Source: Protoeuglena noctilucae (Eukaryota). From it: a stretch of 64,000 bases of DNA. The first letter of the stretch is position 1; each line of letters begins with the position of its first letter. Location of the stretch: positions 682,001-746,000 of the forward strand of contig OY253676.1 of the NCBI GenBank assembly GCA_958009085.1, given 5' to 3'. A model generated the notes under the pieces. The model saw nothing but the letters and a program-made list of their open reading frames with translations, did no database searches and was not told where the DNA came from. Made by a program: the position numbers and the translations under genes. Below are positions 15,895 to 29,321 of this stretch, one piece after another.

Positions 15895-18800
15895 TCACTG
15901 GCCCGTCAGGGACGACAGGAAGAGCAGGCCGAGGTCCGGCCTTGCCGTCATGAGGGCTCTGATCTCATCCGAGCCGTCTTGGCTGCAAGCAGTGTGGATA
16001 AGGTATGTGACAGGGTAAAGATATCGACATGTCTTGAGTACAGGGACACAGCAAGCGTCGCAGATGGCAGATGACGACGTGCATGGTGGCCAAATGCAAC
16101 AGCCAAGCTCATCTCTGTGCCTGCATCATCTCACGCATACGACATGCAACGACACGCAGCGCCGCACCTGAGGAGGGAGCCGGCAGGGCCAGGCCCGACG
16201 GCGGCAGCCACGGCTGCGAGCGCAGACAGGGGCTGGCAGAGACGGGCCACCTCTTGCTCTGACGACGCCCGGGCCAGGCGCCGCGCGACGAGGGCGATCG
16301 CCGGCGATGCGGCCGCGATGCAGCTCCACGCCCGCGCCCTGGCGTCCTGCAAGGCACCGCGTGGGTGGGGTGGAGGGTGAACCCCAAATGCCAGACTGGA
16401 ACACACAGAGGTGCCAAGGAGTCGTCGGTCACTGCGACGCGGATGTGGCAGAGACAGACACCCGCCCGGTCCACTCACCTCGTCGTGAGTGGCCCACCGG
16501 TCGCCATCGCCATCACCGTCGCCGCCTCCCTCTGCCGGCTCCAGCCACGCAGCCGCCGAAGCCACGAGGCCCAACGCGGCCCTTCCCAAACCACCCATCG
16601 CCTGCTGAGACTGTCCCCGCCCACCGCGCCCACTCGACGGCCCTGCATCACCTGCCGCGCTCGACATCGACGCCACACCTGAGGCGGCCCCTGCCAGGCA
16701 GAGGGCCACCGCGCCACCGAGGGTGCAGGGCCGGTCCACAGACGACGGATGCGATGCGTTAGAAGCAGAGGCGTCTGGGGTAAACCCCAGAATGGCCAAG
16801 CGATCCGCCCACGTCGGGTCCAGCACAGTGGCGCCATCAGGATGGGCCAACCAAAGCCCGGTATCCGGCAAGCCGGCCAGTACGCTGCAGGCAAAGCACG
16901 AACACATGGATGTGAAGTCGGTTCGCCGGTCTCGTGTCAGCGCAGTGCAAGCGCAGTGGTGCAGACTCAAGGGACACGACAGAGGGTACCTAGATGAAAG
17001 CAAAGAGTACTATCGTCAGCAAACCGCACCCCCGACCGTCACCTGACGGCCCCCGCGGCCATCTCCACGCCGCCATACAGCACACGTGCCAGAGCGTCCG
17101 CGTCGCCCTCGGCAGCTGTCGTCTCCTTGGGCCTTCCGTCGCCTGCGTTGCCATCACCGATTGCGCCTGTGATGACGACCGCTTGGCCCTGGAGCAGGCA
17201 CCCGACCCAGTCCAGCACCATCGCCGCCGATGCCGACAGGCGCTCGCACGCTTGGCTGGCTGCCATAGCGTCGCCCTTTGCGCCTGCCGCTGCCATCGCC
17301 TCTCGTCGGTGCGACGTGGCTCCCTTGCGCATCCCAGCACCCGCGTCCGGGGTGCCAAAGGCGGGGATGCCCCTGTGCGGCGCCGTCCATGCGCCAGCGC
17401 GGGCGGGCGACGCAGTGGGTGTGCGCATCTCCATGCCAGCGCCCGCCGTGGGTGACGACGGCGTCTGTGCCGGAAGGGGGGTCTTTGTAGACGCAGCCTT
17501 CGCCTCCCCCACCCCCGCTTGCGTGCGGGTCTCTGCGATGGAGACCAGACCGCCGGCAGCGGGGGACAACAGGTGCGTGATGGAGAGCCCAACCCTGCGC
17601 GAGAATGTGGGCGTCGTGTCACCACCACCAGCGCTCGCTCCTTGGCCGCCGTTGACGACGCTCTTCGCTGCTGCGAGGAAGGAAAGGACATGGTAGATGT
17701 CATGGAATCACTGGTACAACAAGGCTCAGGCTCAGGCTAAGTCAGAGCAGGGCCCGCATCTCGCCTGCTTCGAAAGAGACGGTGGGCGCGGCGCGGCCCG
17801 AGTGGTGCTGCAGCACACTGCTCGCCAGGGTGTACGGCGACAGGGGGACGCGCGACCGGGCGCCGGCAGGCCGGAGGGGCGACGACAGCGGTGCGGTGGG
17901 GGTCTCGGCGATGCCAGCGCCACCACCCTTTCGCAGCGGGGAGGCCGGGGCCACGCGGGGTGTCCCCGAGGGCGGGTGGAGTCCTTGCAGCTCAGCCAGG
18001 GGCGCACGGGGCGGGGTGCCGTCACCCCTGCGGCGCTTGGCGACGATGCCCACGGCGTCGGGCGAGGGTCCCAAAGCCCACGAAAGCTGGTCCGGGCCAC
18101 CCCCGGCGCTCGGACCCGGCCCCATCGACCAGCTCCGAACGTGATGGTCGGTGCGCGTGCCACTGCTGCCCTGCTGCAACGCGTCCGAACGCACGGCGCG
18201 GTGCCAGGTGCGCCCCGGCGGGTCGCCCCGGCGCCGCACGACTCCGCCAGTCGGCGGCAAAGGGCCCTTGGCAGAGCCGTCCGTGTGTGCCATGCGTGGG
18301 GCCAGCACAGCGGTCAGCGCTTGGACGGCGCAGGCGGCCAGGTGAGCACCTCCCGCCTGGTAGTGCGAAATACCCACGGCGCACCCCTCGCCACCCCTGC
18401 CGGCCTCGAGCGCCCCTGTGCACTTGGCAATCGATAGTGGCTCAGGTATCGGAGTGTCATGGGAGGCTGCTGTACACCACGACGGCGCGTCGCGCCCTGG
18501 GGATCCAGGCACAAGGGACCCGTGGAGGGCCTCTGCCAGCGTCGCCGACAGCGCCGCGAGGTGGGAGAGGGCCGCTGCGGGGCCCGCGACGGCGAGTGCG
18601 TCGGCCCAGAGCTGCGTGACGCGTGTCGCCTGGCCGAGTGTCGAGGATGGCGAGTCTCTTGATGGGCTCACGTGGCGCCCGGTGGGGATGCCGTTAGACC
18701 CCACTGGGCTGCCGTCCGGTGAGCTTGACGGCGTGGTGGGGCACAGGCACAGACCGAGGACGTGCGAGAGGATGCTGATGGCCGGGAGCGCCAAGGCCGC

Positions 18801-21800
18801 CTGCTCGGGCACTCGCAGGCCCAGCTGCGGGTCACGAGACGGGAGGCTTCGGTCGGCAACGCCATGCAATGGCACGACATTGCTGAGGGGCGTGGTCAGC
18901 GATTCGCAAGCAACGGAACAGCTAGCCACGGAGCACTTCGCGTGCAGGGCGCATCCACGCCCGAGCAGCACCCCAGGCCCTCACCAGTTCGCCGCGCATG
19001 GCGCGTAGGGCCGGTTGCGCGGCGTCCAGCAGCCCTGCCGCCAGCCCCCAGCGCAGCGAAATGCGCATCTCCAAGCCCGGCGCGACCTTCGGGCCGCTCT
19101 TCCGGCGCGGCGATGCCCCGTCGAAGACAAGACGCGCACGAGGGCCGCTCCGTGCCACGGGCACCTCCTCCGCTGCACCTGTGCCAAACATCTCAGGTGG
19201 CTGCGGCTGCCCGGGCTGACCTCCCGCCGCTTCCGGTAGGCCCCCGGGCAGCTGGAGGCCCCTGGCAAGGGCCGCCAGCAGCGCCAGGGGGGCACGGGAG
19301 GCCGACGCAGCTGCTTGCAGGGCGTCAGACACGACCGCAAGCCCTTGGTCCGACAGAGCGGCGGCGGCGGGCGAGGGCGACGACCCGGCATGCTGCCCCG
19401 TGCCGGCGTGTGCGGAGGGCGGCGAAGCAGGCCGGGTGGAGTCCGTGGTACCCAGGGCGGCGGTAAGGAGGTCGACAAGCGCCTTGTTGGGCGCACCCGG
19501 TGCGGTCTCGAAGGGCAGCGCAGAGGACGCGGCCCGCAAGAACGACGCCGTCGCGTGGTGAGCGAGGAGGAGGCCCACTGGCGTCCCCGCCCCACGGGCA
19601 GCATCGCACGCGGGCGCCTGGCGCATCCGCCCGGTGCGGTGCTTTGGGGCCCGCCCGACGGCCCCTGCGCCACTCCACTGACCCGCCAGGCAGGACAGGA
19701 GGTCTTGGAGACGTGACATGGCCGCCAGAATCTCGTGGCGGTCGTGAGATCCCTTCGCCACCTGCGCAGCGGCAAGTAGCCTCGCTGCCAGGCTGGCCAG
19801 ATCCCGCACCGCAGAGACGGTACGCTCGCTCCCCTGCGCAATGCAGCGAGCGCTCGGAGACTGCAACCCGTCCGGGGACGGCGCCGCGGGGCCGGTGCCG
19901 CCCGCAAGCGCTGCGTTACGCCCCACCGCAGCAACGGGCTCCCAGGCGATGGCATCCGTCGCTGCGTCCCGGCACACCGTCTCCAACGCCGATAAAAGCT
20001 CCGAGGCCACGTCCTCCGCTACCTGCACCAAGGGGTGCCGCTGTGCCTGGGCTGCCCCCGTGTGCCCCGACGGTCGCTTTGCGTCCCCAGGGCCCACACC
20101 GGGGCTCCCTGCACGCCCACTCGCGTCTCCCTCGCCCTCCATGACCACGTCCTCCCCGTCAGCAGCAACAAACCCCCTCGCAACAGCTCCTTGCCCGGGC
20201 CAGGGCGTCGACAGCCCCAGCACGAGCTTGCGGCAGGCCTTGCCCAGGCAAGCCTGCAGGTCCGCCGCCTGCGCCAGCAGCGGCTGCGACTTGCACGCGG
20301 AATCTTGAGCCACGGACCCAGTCCCTGTGGCCGCCCCATCCGCCCCTGCCTCGTCGCCCGCCTGGCACCGCCGGGCACACCGGCCCCACGCCGCCCACTG
20401 CCGCCGCAGCGTGCGGCGCAGCCCTCGCGCGAGCGATGCGAAGAGTACGTGGCACTTGGGCTCCTCGTCGCCCCGGTCGCGAGGTCCCGCGGCCAGCCCT
20501 GACGTGGCCCCTTCCTGTCCCTGGGTCAGGTCCCGCGGGGCGCGACCCTCGACCCCGTCGCCGCGCCCCGCCGTGGCTGCGAGGTCCCCCGGCGCGAGGG
20601 CGTCTGTGACGTAGACGAGAGTCGCCACAGCGGCGTCGCGGACGGAGGCGTGGCGCTCTGCGGCCAGCACCCTGTCTGGCACTGAGAGGGCCACGCGCAG
20701 TCGCGAGTGCCGGGGGAGCTGCCCGACGCGGGCGAGCGCGGGGAGCAGCGCGTCGCGCCATGCGGCGACGGCCGCTGTGGCGACGCCCGCGTCCTGGCTC
20801 TGTAGGGCGGGTGCCAGGCAGTTCAGGAGAGCTTGGGCGTGGGGACCCTCGCGGGTGAAGAGCAGGGGCCCCAGGAGCGCGACGGTGCCGGCCCACGCCC
20901 GCGTGGCCACCGCGGCATGGCCCTGCCAAGTGAGAAGCGGGGCGCTCCTGACCGTCGGCTCCCCGGGGAGGGGCGGTCGGGGGTGCGTGGCCGCCCCTCG
21001 CGGCCCGGGCGCGCGGGTGGCGTCGGCGACGCGATCGGCGACGCGCGTGGCGGCGGCGTGCAGGGTGCAGGGGGCCAGGGGCGGCGGCGGCGGGGGCCCA
21101 TTCGCCAGGAGGGCGAGGACGCGGCAGGCGCCCGTCCGCACGGCCTCGACTAAAGCCGCTTCCTCAAGATCCACGGCCGCGGGGACTTCGAGCTCAGAGG
21201 CATCGAGGGCCGCGGCGTAGTCCAGAAGGGCGGGGATGACGCAGAGGCAGCTGGGGCGGTCGGCGGGGCCCGCGCTTCCGGGCGAGGCGTCCAGCGCGGC
21301 GGCCGCAGGGCAGGCGTGCGTCTGGCGCCAGAGCTCCGCGGCGGCGGCGGGCCCGAGGGGCGCGGGCGCGCAGACGAGCTGGGTGAGGACGTCGAGCGCG
21401 ACGAGGGCGATGCGGCGCGACAGCCAGGGGTTGGCCAGGCCCAGGGCCACGCACTGGACGGAGAGGGGGAGGCCGTCGACGAGGAGAGCGGCGGGGACGG
21501 ACGGGACGAGGCATTTCAGTCCCCAGAGAGACAGGCGGCAGGCGGACTTCCTGGCAGTGACGCTGGGCTTGGCGGCGGGGGTGTCGTGGTCGGATGGGTC
21601 TGCCGCGCGCGCCGTGGCCGTCAGCCAGCAGTGGAGCAGCGAGCCGATGGTGGCGGCGGGGAGCGAGCGCACCTGTGGGGGGGGATGGAGGCGAGGGTGG
21701 GTGTGGCACACAGAGGGTAGGGGGCGAACCCGGCGTGCGGGAACGAGCTGAGGGCTTTGCGCTGGCGGTCCGCGATCGCGATGTCACCAGTTCGCTGCTC

Positions 21801-22541
21801 GCAACGTATCCGAAGAGCTCCAGCACGACTGCTTGGTCCTCGGGGCCACGGGCGCCACAGGCCACATCGCACAGAGCGCCGAGGAGCTGGCCTGCGAGGA
21901 TAAGGAGGGCGCGATGCGCACCAAGACGGCGGCGAAGGCAGAATATACACAGATGTGTGACAGATAACCGCGACATCCGCGTCTGTGGGGCGCAGCGGCG
22001 GTAGGGAGCCATGCGAAGCGCACATCGCAGCCTCTGCGGGGCCGCGTTGGCGGGAATGCAGCCGGGATTTCTCACCAGAAAACACGTCGTTGCCACAAGA
22101 AGTCAAGCAAGGACCGCGGAGAGCATCTCACCCTCGTCGCCGTTGTATATCGCTCCCGCCGCGCCATGCACTGCGGCCTTGAACGCCTCCGTGCCCTCGT
22201 CCCTGCTCCTACGTATCCACTCGAGCGTGGCGGTGGGATTAAACTCACTCAGCATGCTGCTGGCGCTCTGCAAGGGGGGCGATAGCGTGTCCATCGGCTG
22301 GCGCGGGCCGTGGGATCCGCAGCCCCTCGAGCGGACCCTCGCACGCGCCGGCGTCGCGCCATACCTACGTTCAGCGCCGCAGCGAAAGAGAAGACATCGA
22401 CATCCACCAGCAGGTACGCCCGTCGCGGGACGGGGTCAACGCGTCGCTGATCTCTCGGGGACAGCATGCACAGCAGGTCAGTGCGGACTCAGGCGACGCA
22501 GGGATGGAAACGGCAGATGGAGACGGGCGCTGCGAAATCAT
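15895..22541 (-). CDS. Large HEAT-repeat protein, probable RIF1 homologue (start uncertain)
   Basis: RAWAGTVALLGPLL..ALLNCLAPALQSQDAGVATAAVAAWRDAL resembles the Rif1 N-terminal helical domain. At least 8 introns splice in frame to TGA at 15895. The 5' end is only approximate. Confidence 0.5.
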
Positions 22542-22771
22542 GACACGACGAATTGTTGAACGGGGGGACGCGAGGCCCTGGACGAGGCCAGCGCGGGGTC
22601 CCAGCACGAGCCTGGCGTCAGACTCTGCGGGGAGGTGCAGTGAGGCTGTCCTCTCGAGAGGATTTGTGTGGCGACGGATAACACACTATCACTCTCCAAC
22701 CGTGCATCTGCCTCACTGCAAAATACCTCGCATCTGGAGGAGCTGGTGCACCGAATAGCAAGCGCTCTGCC

Positions 22772-24007
22772 ATGGCACGTCCGGTGAGGCACATGAGAGA
22801 AGCCCCCGCCCCACGCTCGCTGACTGCGCCGCTCGGTGGTCACTGACGACGCCGCTGCCTGCAGGCTGACCCACCGCGGCCGGTTGCCGTCGCTGATGAC
22901 GAGGACGAGCCCCCACCGCTGTCGAGCCTGGCGAGCCAAGTGAAGGCAGTATCGGCCAAGGCGCACGGTGGGGCGGGGACCCCTGGCGCCCTGTCAGTGG
23001 CGGAGGTCACGGCCAAGAATACCGCACCCCCCTCCTCTTCCGCCAGCGCGGCGCAGGGGGGCCTGAAACGGTGCGGCAGGATGTGGTGAAGTCATGGTGT
23101 GTCATGGTTGCTTCGGCGCGCGCGCGGAGGTGATGACGTGCGAGTGCGCGGCATGCCTGCAGGGGCTTCTTCACCAAGACCGCTTCCCGATCGGCCCGCG
23201 ACGGATCTACCTCCGCAAGCACATCAAAGAATGCGACGGATGACGTGCCGATGCTGAAGAGCTCCGGCCGGGGGCCGACCAAGTCCATCCCGGACTTTCT
23301 GCGGGTGGAGCCAGATGCATCGACGCTGGCCGCGGAGAAGATGAAGGAGACGCTGCGGACGGCCCTCAAGCCAACACAAGAGACCGTGGGGCATGTCATG
23401 CAGGACATGGAGGTGCGCCCGGGCCTATCCGGGGAACGCGGGGGCGGCTGCATTGCCTGAGTGAGCCGCTCCCACGCGCCGTTCCACCCCTCCCGCCGCA
23501 GCTCCTGAGCGGTTTCGATGACTCCGAGGTTATGGCGGCGGTGAATGAGATTGCCAAGGACCCGGCGGCGTTCAAGAAGTACCAGGGGAACGCCAAGGTC
23601 ATGCGCTTCTATCAACGAATGGCAGGGTTTGTGGGGGAGAGGCTCGAGCAGATGGGTGCGCAGCGGAAGCGGGAGTGACGCGGCGCATTCGGAGCACGCA
23701 GCTCTGTCTCGATGGAGACGCCATGCTGAGGTGCAGGGGCTGTTCACGGCATTGCAACGTGCCTGTCCACGCTGCTCTTCTCCACGTTTCACTCTCAGGG
23801 GATGGAGCCGGGGACTCGGGTGCCGCTCCGCAGCCAGCGAGCTCGTCGGCGAAGGCAGGAGGCACAAGCGAGGCTGGGGCTCAGGCAAAGTCATCTGCAG
23901 GTCCCCAGGCCTCCGGCAGCAGCGGGGGCAAGGGGCGTGGCAGCTCACGGCCTGTGCTGGAGTTTGACAGGGACGCCAAGCTGAGAGCCTTTTTGGATTT
24001 GAAATGA
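22772..24007 (+). CDS. STI1/HOP DP-domain protein
   Basis: ATG 22772. Spliced DEDEPPPL..GGLKRGFF..LLSGFDDSEVMAAVNEIAKDPAAFKKYQGNAKVMRFYQRMAG (STI1-like). Stop 24007. Confidence 0.7.
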
Positions 24008-24363
24008 GTTGGGGCGGCAGAACGCGCAGGTTCTTGAGCTAACCGGCACAGTCGTGAGAGAAGCGGAGCGCTTGCAGCAGGGAGGAGTGCACGAAAGGAC
24101 TCGGGACATGCAACAGCGCGCAGCCAATACCTGGTGGACTACGGGTCGCTGGTGACACGGTCGACGCACCGTCAGGCAGCAAGGCTCGGCGTGGCCGTCA
24201 TGGCCGCATCGAACAAGGAGAGAAGGGAGGGCTCCCGCGCAGCGCAAGCAGCAGGCAGCGAGGGCCGCGCAGCCGCGCGCGGGCTACAAAGTATTGGCGA
24301 AGGTCGGGATAAGCGGTCAGTGTCAGAGAATCCCACGCGCGCACGCATACACGGTGCTCCCTG

Positions 24364-26839
24364 TCATGCGGGGACCATGACAGGGAGGCGGATGAGGCTG
24401 ACGAGGTCCTCGGCGATGCGGAAGGTGGCCTTGGGAAACCCGAGCTTGCGCGCCTTCGCCGCCAGGCTCTGCAGGAGGGCCGGGTCGGAGAACCACCGGC
24501 TGATGGTCTCGGCGGCCTTGTCGACTTTGGTCTCAAACACCCCGACGCCGTTGTCCGTGACGAATGAGATGTTGCCTTCCTCCTGGCAGGGCACGAAGGC
24601 GTTGAGGACCGTGGGGAGGCCGCAGATCATCGACTCCGCGATCGTGCCGGGGCCGGCCTTGGTGATGATGGCGTCGCACGCCCCCATCCACTCGTGCATG
24701 TTTGAGACGAACCCGTTCACCAGCACCTGCGCGCAGAGAAGAGGTTGCCATGCTGTGTTTGGCCTATCATCTAGCACGCGAAGCTCGTCCTGCGAGCGGG
24801 GCTGCATGCACACTGCTCACCTTCATGCCTTCGGGATACTGCAAGCCCTTGAGCTTGTTCACCAGAGCCTGATTCCTGCCGCAGATGACCACGACTTGGC
24901 CCTTGGGACCCAGGACCTTAGCCAGGGCCCGCACCTGCAGGCAACACGGCCAGCGCGTCACAACGCAACACAGCACGTTCCCGTCCCATCGCTCCAACAG
25001 TCGTTTGTCCCAGCCACGCGCCTGCTTCTCGACAGGGCCCATGCCCTCGCCACCCCCCACGACCAACACCGCCGGCTTGTCTGGCAGCAGACCCAGCGCT
25101 TTGCGGAGCTCCGGCTTGGACTTCATGTCCAACGAGAAGGCGGGGCGGATGGGGAGCCCGTGCAGCACGATCTTGTTCGACGGCACCCCGTACCTGAGCG
25201 CCGCCTGCCGCACCTCCTCTGCAACGAAAGCGGGGGCGGGCGGGGGTGTTGGAAACCGAGGCACACCCGGAACGCGGGCGGTGGCGCGCGTGCCTGCGGC
25301 CGTGGCGCGTGGTATGCGGCGCACGCACCCGTGGGGACGAATAGGCGGTCGACGCGCGGATGGAACCATGTAGGGTGGCATGTGGTGAGGTCGGTGATGA
25401 CGGTGCAGAAGGCGGGCTTGCGGAAGCCACGGTGGGCGCGCGCCTCCAGCACCTGAATGGGAACGTGCTGCAGGAGCGGATGCAGCGAGACGACGAGGTC
25501 CGGGTCGTACTCGTCGAAGGCCTGCGAAGAAGCAGCAGAAGTGTGAGTAAGCCTGTCGCTGCGTTGGGGCACTGGAGTGGCTGGGGGTGCCAAGTGAAGC
25601 ACGGGCGTGCCAGACTGCGTAGCTGCGGCCAGTTGAATGCCCCTCTGCAACAGCAGACGCTCGCCTTGGCGACGGTGTGCCCGACCATGGCACGCACGAT
25701 GCGCAGCTGTGGCACGTGGATGAGTTTGGGGGACGTCATGCCGTAGGCCGCGCGCCACAGGATGGGGTACTTGACCATCGTCGAGTAGGTCTTGGGTAAT
25801 TGGTTGTGCGGCCAGGGGGTGTAGTTGGACCACAGGTCGACGATGCTGCGGGCCACGAGCGATGCCCCACGATGCAGTGGTGACATGACGTGCGAACCAC
25901 CTGCCGCCATGGCGGCTGCAAAATAGTTGACTACTTCCCCTGACACTCAGCGGCACCAGGACTCACCTGATCTCGAACTTGTCCCCGTACAGGTGCTCAA
26001 TGGCGCCCTTGACGGCCAGGGCCGAGGCACGGTGGCCGCCGCCCGTGTCCGAAATGAGCATCATGATTCGGGGCTTGCCCGACCTCCGCTTTGTTGCGGG
26101 CTGGGGAGAGCCAAAGGGAAGGGTTCATAATTGCGCAGGAAAGGGGCTGCGAAGCCGTTCGCAGACCCCATGCGTAGCTCACCGAGGCCGGTGTGGGCTT
26201 CAGTTGCTCCACCTGCCCTGCCCACGCTTTGCCTACTCCTCCCTGCGGCGGTCGAGGGCGCCGGCGGGCGGTGACGGCGCAGAGACGACACGAGAGGCGC
26301 TTTGGAGCGGGAGCGCCAAGGTGACACCCTCGCGCGCGGCAGTGGGGCCCGCCTCGCCGAAATGCGAATGCCAACGCAAAGTTTCGTGGCACATCTCGTG
26401 TGGAACTCAGCGAGCTGTGCGAGAAACGGCCCCGATGCTTCCCGCTGCCGCGATATGCGGCGCGGGGCGGGGCACGGCCACCCGGCCGCTCGCGACGCAG
26501 GAACCCGTCGCGACACAATGTGCGGCTAGCTAGCACCCGACGTCGGTCAGGGATGCCCTGGAGAGGGAGCGAATTCCCTCCCTTGCGCGCTCGCTGGCCT
26601 CCGTGACGAGGCTCGCCGTGCTGCTGGGGAAAGCGCAAGCCCGCGGAATATACAGGCTTTCCCACCGCAGCGGCTGCAGCACTCACGAAAAAGGCCCCTC
26701 CTCCGCCCAAGATTCCCCCAAGGCGCCCGATTCCCGATCCCAGCCATCGCTTTGAGGCCCCCCAGCTGAGGCCTCGAGGCTGCCTGCGCCGCGCCCCGAA
26801 ACCCCCCAGGGAGCACTTTGGGGCCACCCTCACGCCCAT
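24364..26839 (-). CDS. MGD1: Monogalactosyldiacylglycerol synthase
   Basis: MLISDTGGGHRASA, PDLVVSLHPLLQHVP, TVITDLTTCHPTWFH, VVGGGEGMG, ICGRN and CDAIITKAGPGTIAE..VPCQEEGN. Two GC-AG introns. The N-terminal transit-peptide exons are uncertain. Confidence 0.95.
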
Positions 26840-27274
26840 TGTCGCATCCTGCGACCCTCCTCGAGGCGAGGGCCCCGCCATCGGCCCCGAATTCCACGCA
26901 ATCCCGCTCGACGACCTAATCTGAGGGAAGCAGAGCAGCGATGGTTGTGCGTTGCGATTCTTCGGGTCGCCATTTGTCCCCGCATCGGTGCGAAAGCGGC
27001 CCACGACGCAGGTCCGAAGTGTTTCACTGGCACATAAATATCAGAAATCTTGGGCGCGTTTAGGGCCACCACGAGTTGCCGAGGACAGTTCATCTTGCGT
27101 CCTAACCACCCCGCGAAGCGCTGGAGAGACTAGGCTCGGCCTGGCAGTTCTCTACTCGCGACTAGGGCCCAAACTTCACGGCACCTTTCCAGGGATCGGT
27201 GGCTAGACAGCTCTGTACGGCGTCGGCGCGTCCGGGGGCATTGCGCAGGGCGCCGGGGCGACACAGCTGGCAGC

Positions 27275-28048
27275 ATGGGGGACGCCGAGCAGGCGAGTCC
27301 CGCCCGAGCCTGCCCCGGTCGCCCGGGCGCGTAGACAGCCTTGTTGTGTGTTCATCAAGCGTCCGACTTCCGAACTGCCGCGAACGGAGCTCCGCGCCGT
27401 GCGTCCAGGTGACCCTGCGGGCCAAGGAGGGGCAGGAGTTCTCGCTGCGGAGGGAGGTGGCGCTCAAGATGAAGGTGCTGGCCGACATGCTCGAGGAGGA
27501 CATCGAGCGAACGGCGATCCCCGTGGACGTGGAGGGGCCCGTCCTGGCCAACGTGGTGACGTATTACAACTGGCACGCGGACAACGAGGGCGCGCCCGAC
27601 TCGGACAAGAAGGCGTATGACCAGGTGCGGCACCGAGTCGCGCTGGGGGCGTTCTGCGGTCCGGGCCAACGCGCGGCGCCCAACGCTGCCACCTCGCCGT
27701 GCCCGCAGGCCTTCCTCTCCAACATGAAGAGGGCGATGCTGCTCGAGACCATGATTGCGGCCAACTACCTGCACGCAACGGAGCTCTTGGATGCCACGGT
27801 CGTGTTCTTCGGCCGCCTCATCTCCAACAAGGACCCGGACGGGTGAGGCCCGCGGTTCCAGCACACAAGCATGCCTACGCTTTCGCCCGTGCTCGGCACC
27901 GCTCAGCAACTCGGCGCTGCCTCTCGGCCGCAGCATCCGCGAGGTCCTCGGGATTCAGACGCCGTTCCAGCCGGGGGAGATCGAGGCGGCCATCGCGCAG
28001 AACCGGTGGACATTCAAGGTGGACACCCCGCCCGCCCAGGCCAATTAG
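27275..28048 (+). CDS. SKP1: SKP1-like protein (divergent)
   Basis: Exons 27275-27292, 27409-27624, 27709-27842 and 27934-28048: VTLRAKEGQEF..IPVDVEGPVLANVVTY..MIAANYLHATELLD..IREVLGI..NRWTF. Confidence 0.85.
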
Positions 28049-28178
28049 AGCAGTCTACAGCCTGGCGCAGTGCCTTTCCAGCGTCGTGCACGGGGTAGTA
28101 ACGACGGACCGCTGCATCGCCGGCGTTCCATTCAATGCGCGCGTGTGTGCGCGTGTGCACGGCCCGCAGCTACGCCCC

Positions 28179-29118
28179 TTAGTGCGGCTGGTCACGCCAC
28201 TCCACGAGCTTGTCAAGGGTCTCCTCCGACACGTTGTACTGCGGCAAGGGAGCTTGAGGGGGTTGTTTGAGAGCACGAATGCCCCGTGCACGGAGAGCAC
28301 AGGTCAGGGGGATGTGCATGCAGGCACTGCGGAACGGACTGATGCGGTGATACTGTCCAACGTTTCACCTTGCTGAGAATCTGCTTTAGCTCCCTCTTCT
28401 CCTTGTCCACCATCACTGCGTAGCCCTTGGGGTCCTCCAGCTGTTGCTGCGACGCCAGAGAGGACGAGCACGTCATTGCCACCGCACATCCACGGCGCTG
28501 TACATGCTGGACTGCGGTTGCTTGCGCCACTGTATGGTGAGAGCAAAAGATCCGCGGCGCTGCGGAACTTGCCCGGCGACGCGCGTTGGCAGCGAGCGAC
28601 TTGAGCATCTTAATCTCCTCCCGCTTGAAGAAAATGTTCTCCTCCGCCGACTCCTTGTCCTTGTACGAGCGGATCCCCTCCACGCTGAACGTGCGAGCGC
28701 CCAGCGCAGCCCTGCGGGAGCAAGCACTCGTTCCCGCGCCGCTTGCGAGCTAGCACGGACTCTGACGGCATCCTCGCAAGCTAGAAAAGTCGCAGAAACG
28801 TGATACGTCGCCAGAGATGGTCGGCCCGGCGTGCCAGGCCCCCAACAGCAAGCGCAGGGGGAACGGAGGGCACCGGCGAGGGGAGCGCGCGGTTCCCCCT
28901 CGCAAGCCTGCCAGCGGCCGGAGTAAAGAGCGTTCTACACAGGAGAGAGACGACTCGGCTACAGCGGCGCCCGATGCGCAAGGTAACCGCGAGCGACGTG
29001 TCCCCCCTCCCCGTGCGACTCGCAGGGCTGCCATTAGATCCCAACGCGCCGATCATCTTATCGCTGACCTGATGCTGCCGCACGCCGGCGAGCTCGCGAG
29101 CCTGCGGAGGAGCGACAT
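28179..29118 (-). CDS. Small mitochondrial protein, F1-ATPase inhibitor (IF1)-like
   Basis: 4 exons give MSLLRRLASSPACGSIRAALGARTFS (presequence-like) then VEGIRSYKDKESAEENIFFKREEIKMLKSL..LDKLVEWRDQPH*. The E-x-A-x-E-N-x-F motif is typical of IF1. Confidence 0.65.
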
Positions 29119-29321
29119 GTTGGCAGCCCTCGCTCGCGACGTGCCCGGGTCGAGCAAGGTCACCCAAGGCTACTTGGGATGCCAGGGTTCTCAGGCAATG
29201 CCGGCCACTTGGCAGTCTTGGCGGGCCTGTGTTTTTCGCTGGCGCTTCAAGTACTGACGTAACGGTCCCCCTCGGCTGATGGGGCTCAGCGGGCGATTTG
29301 GTGATGTGCAGCAGCTTCGTG

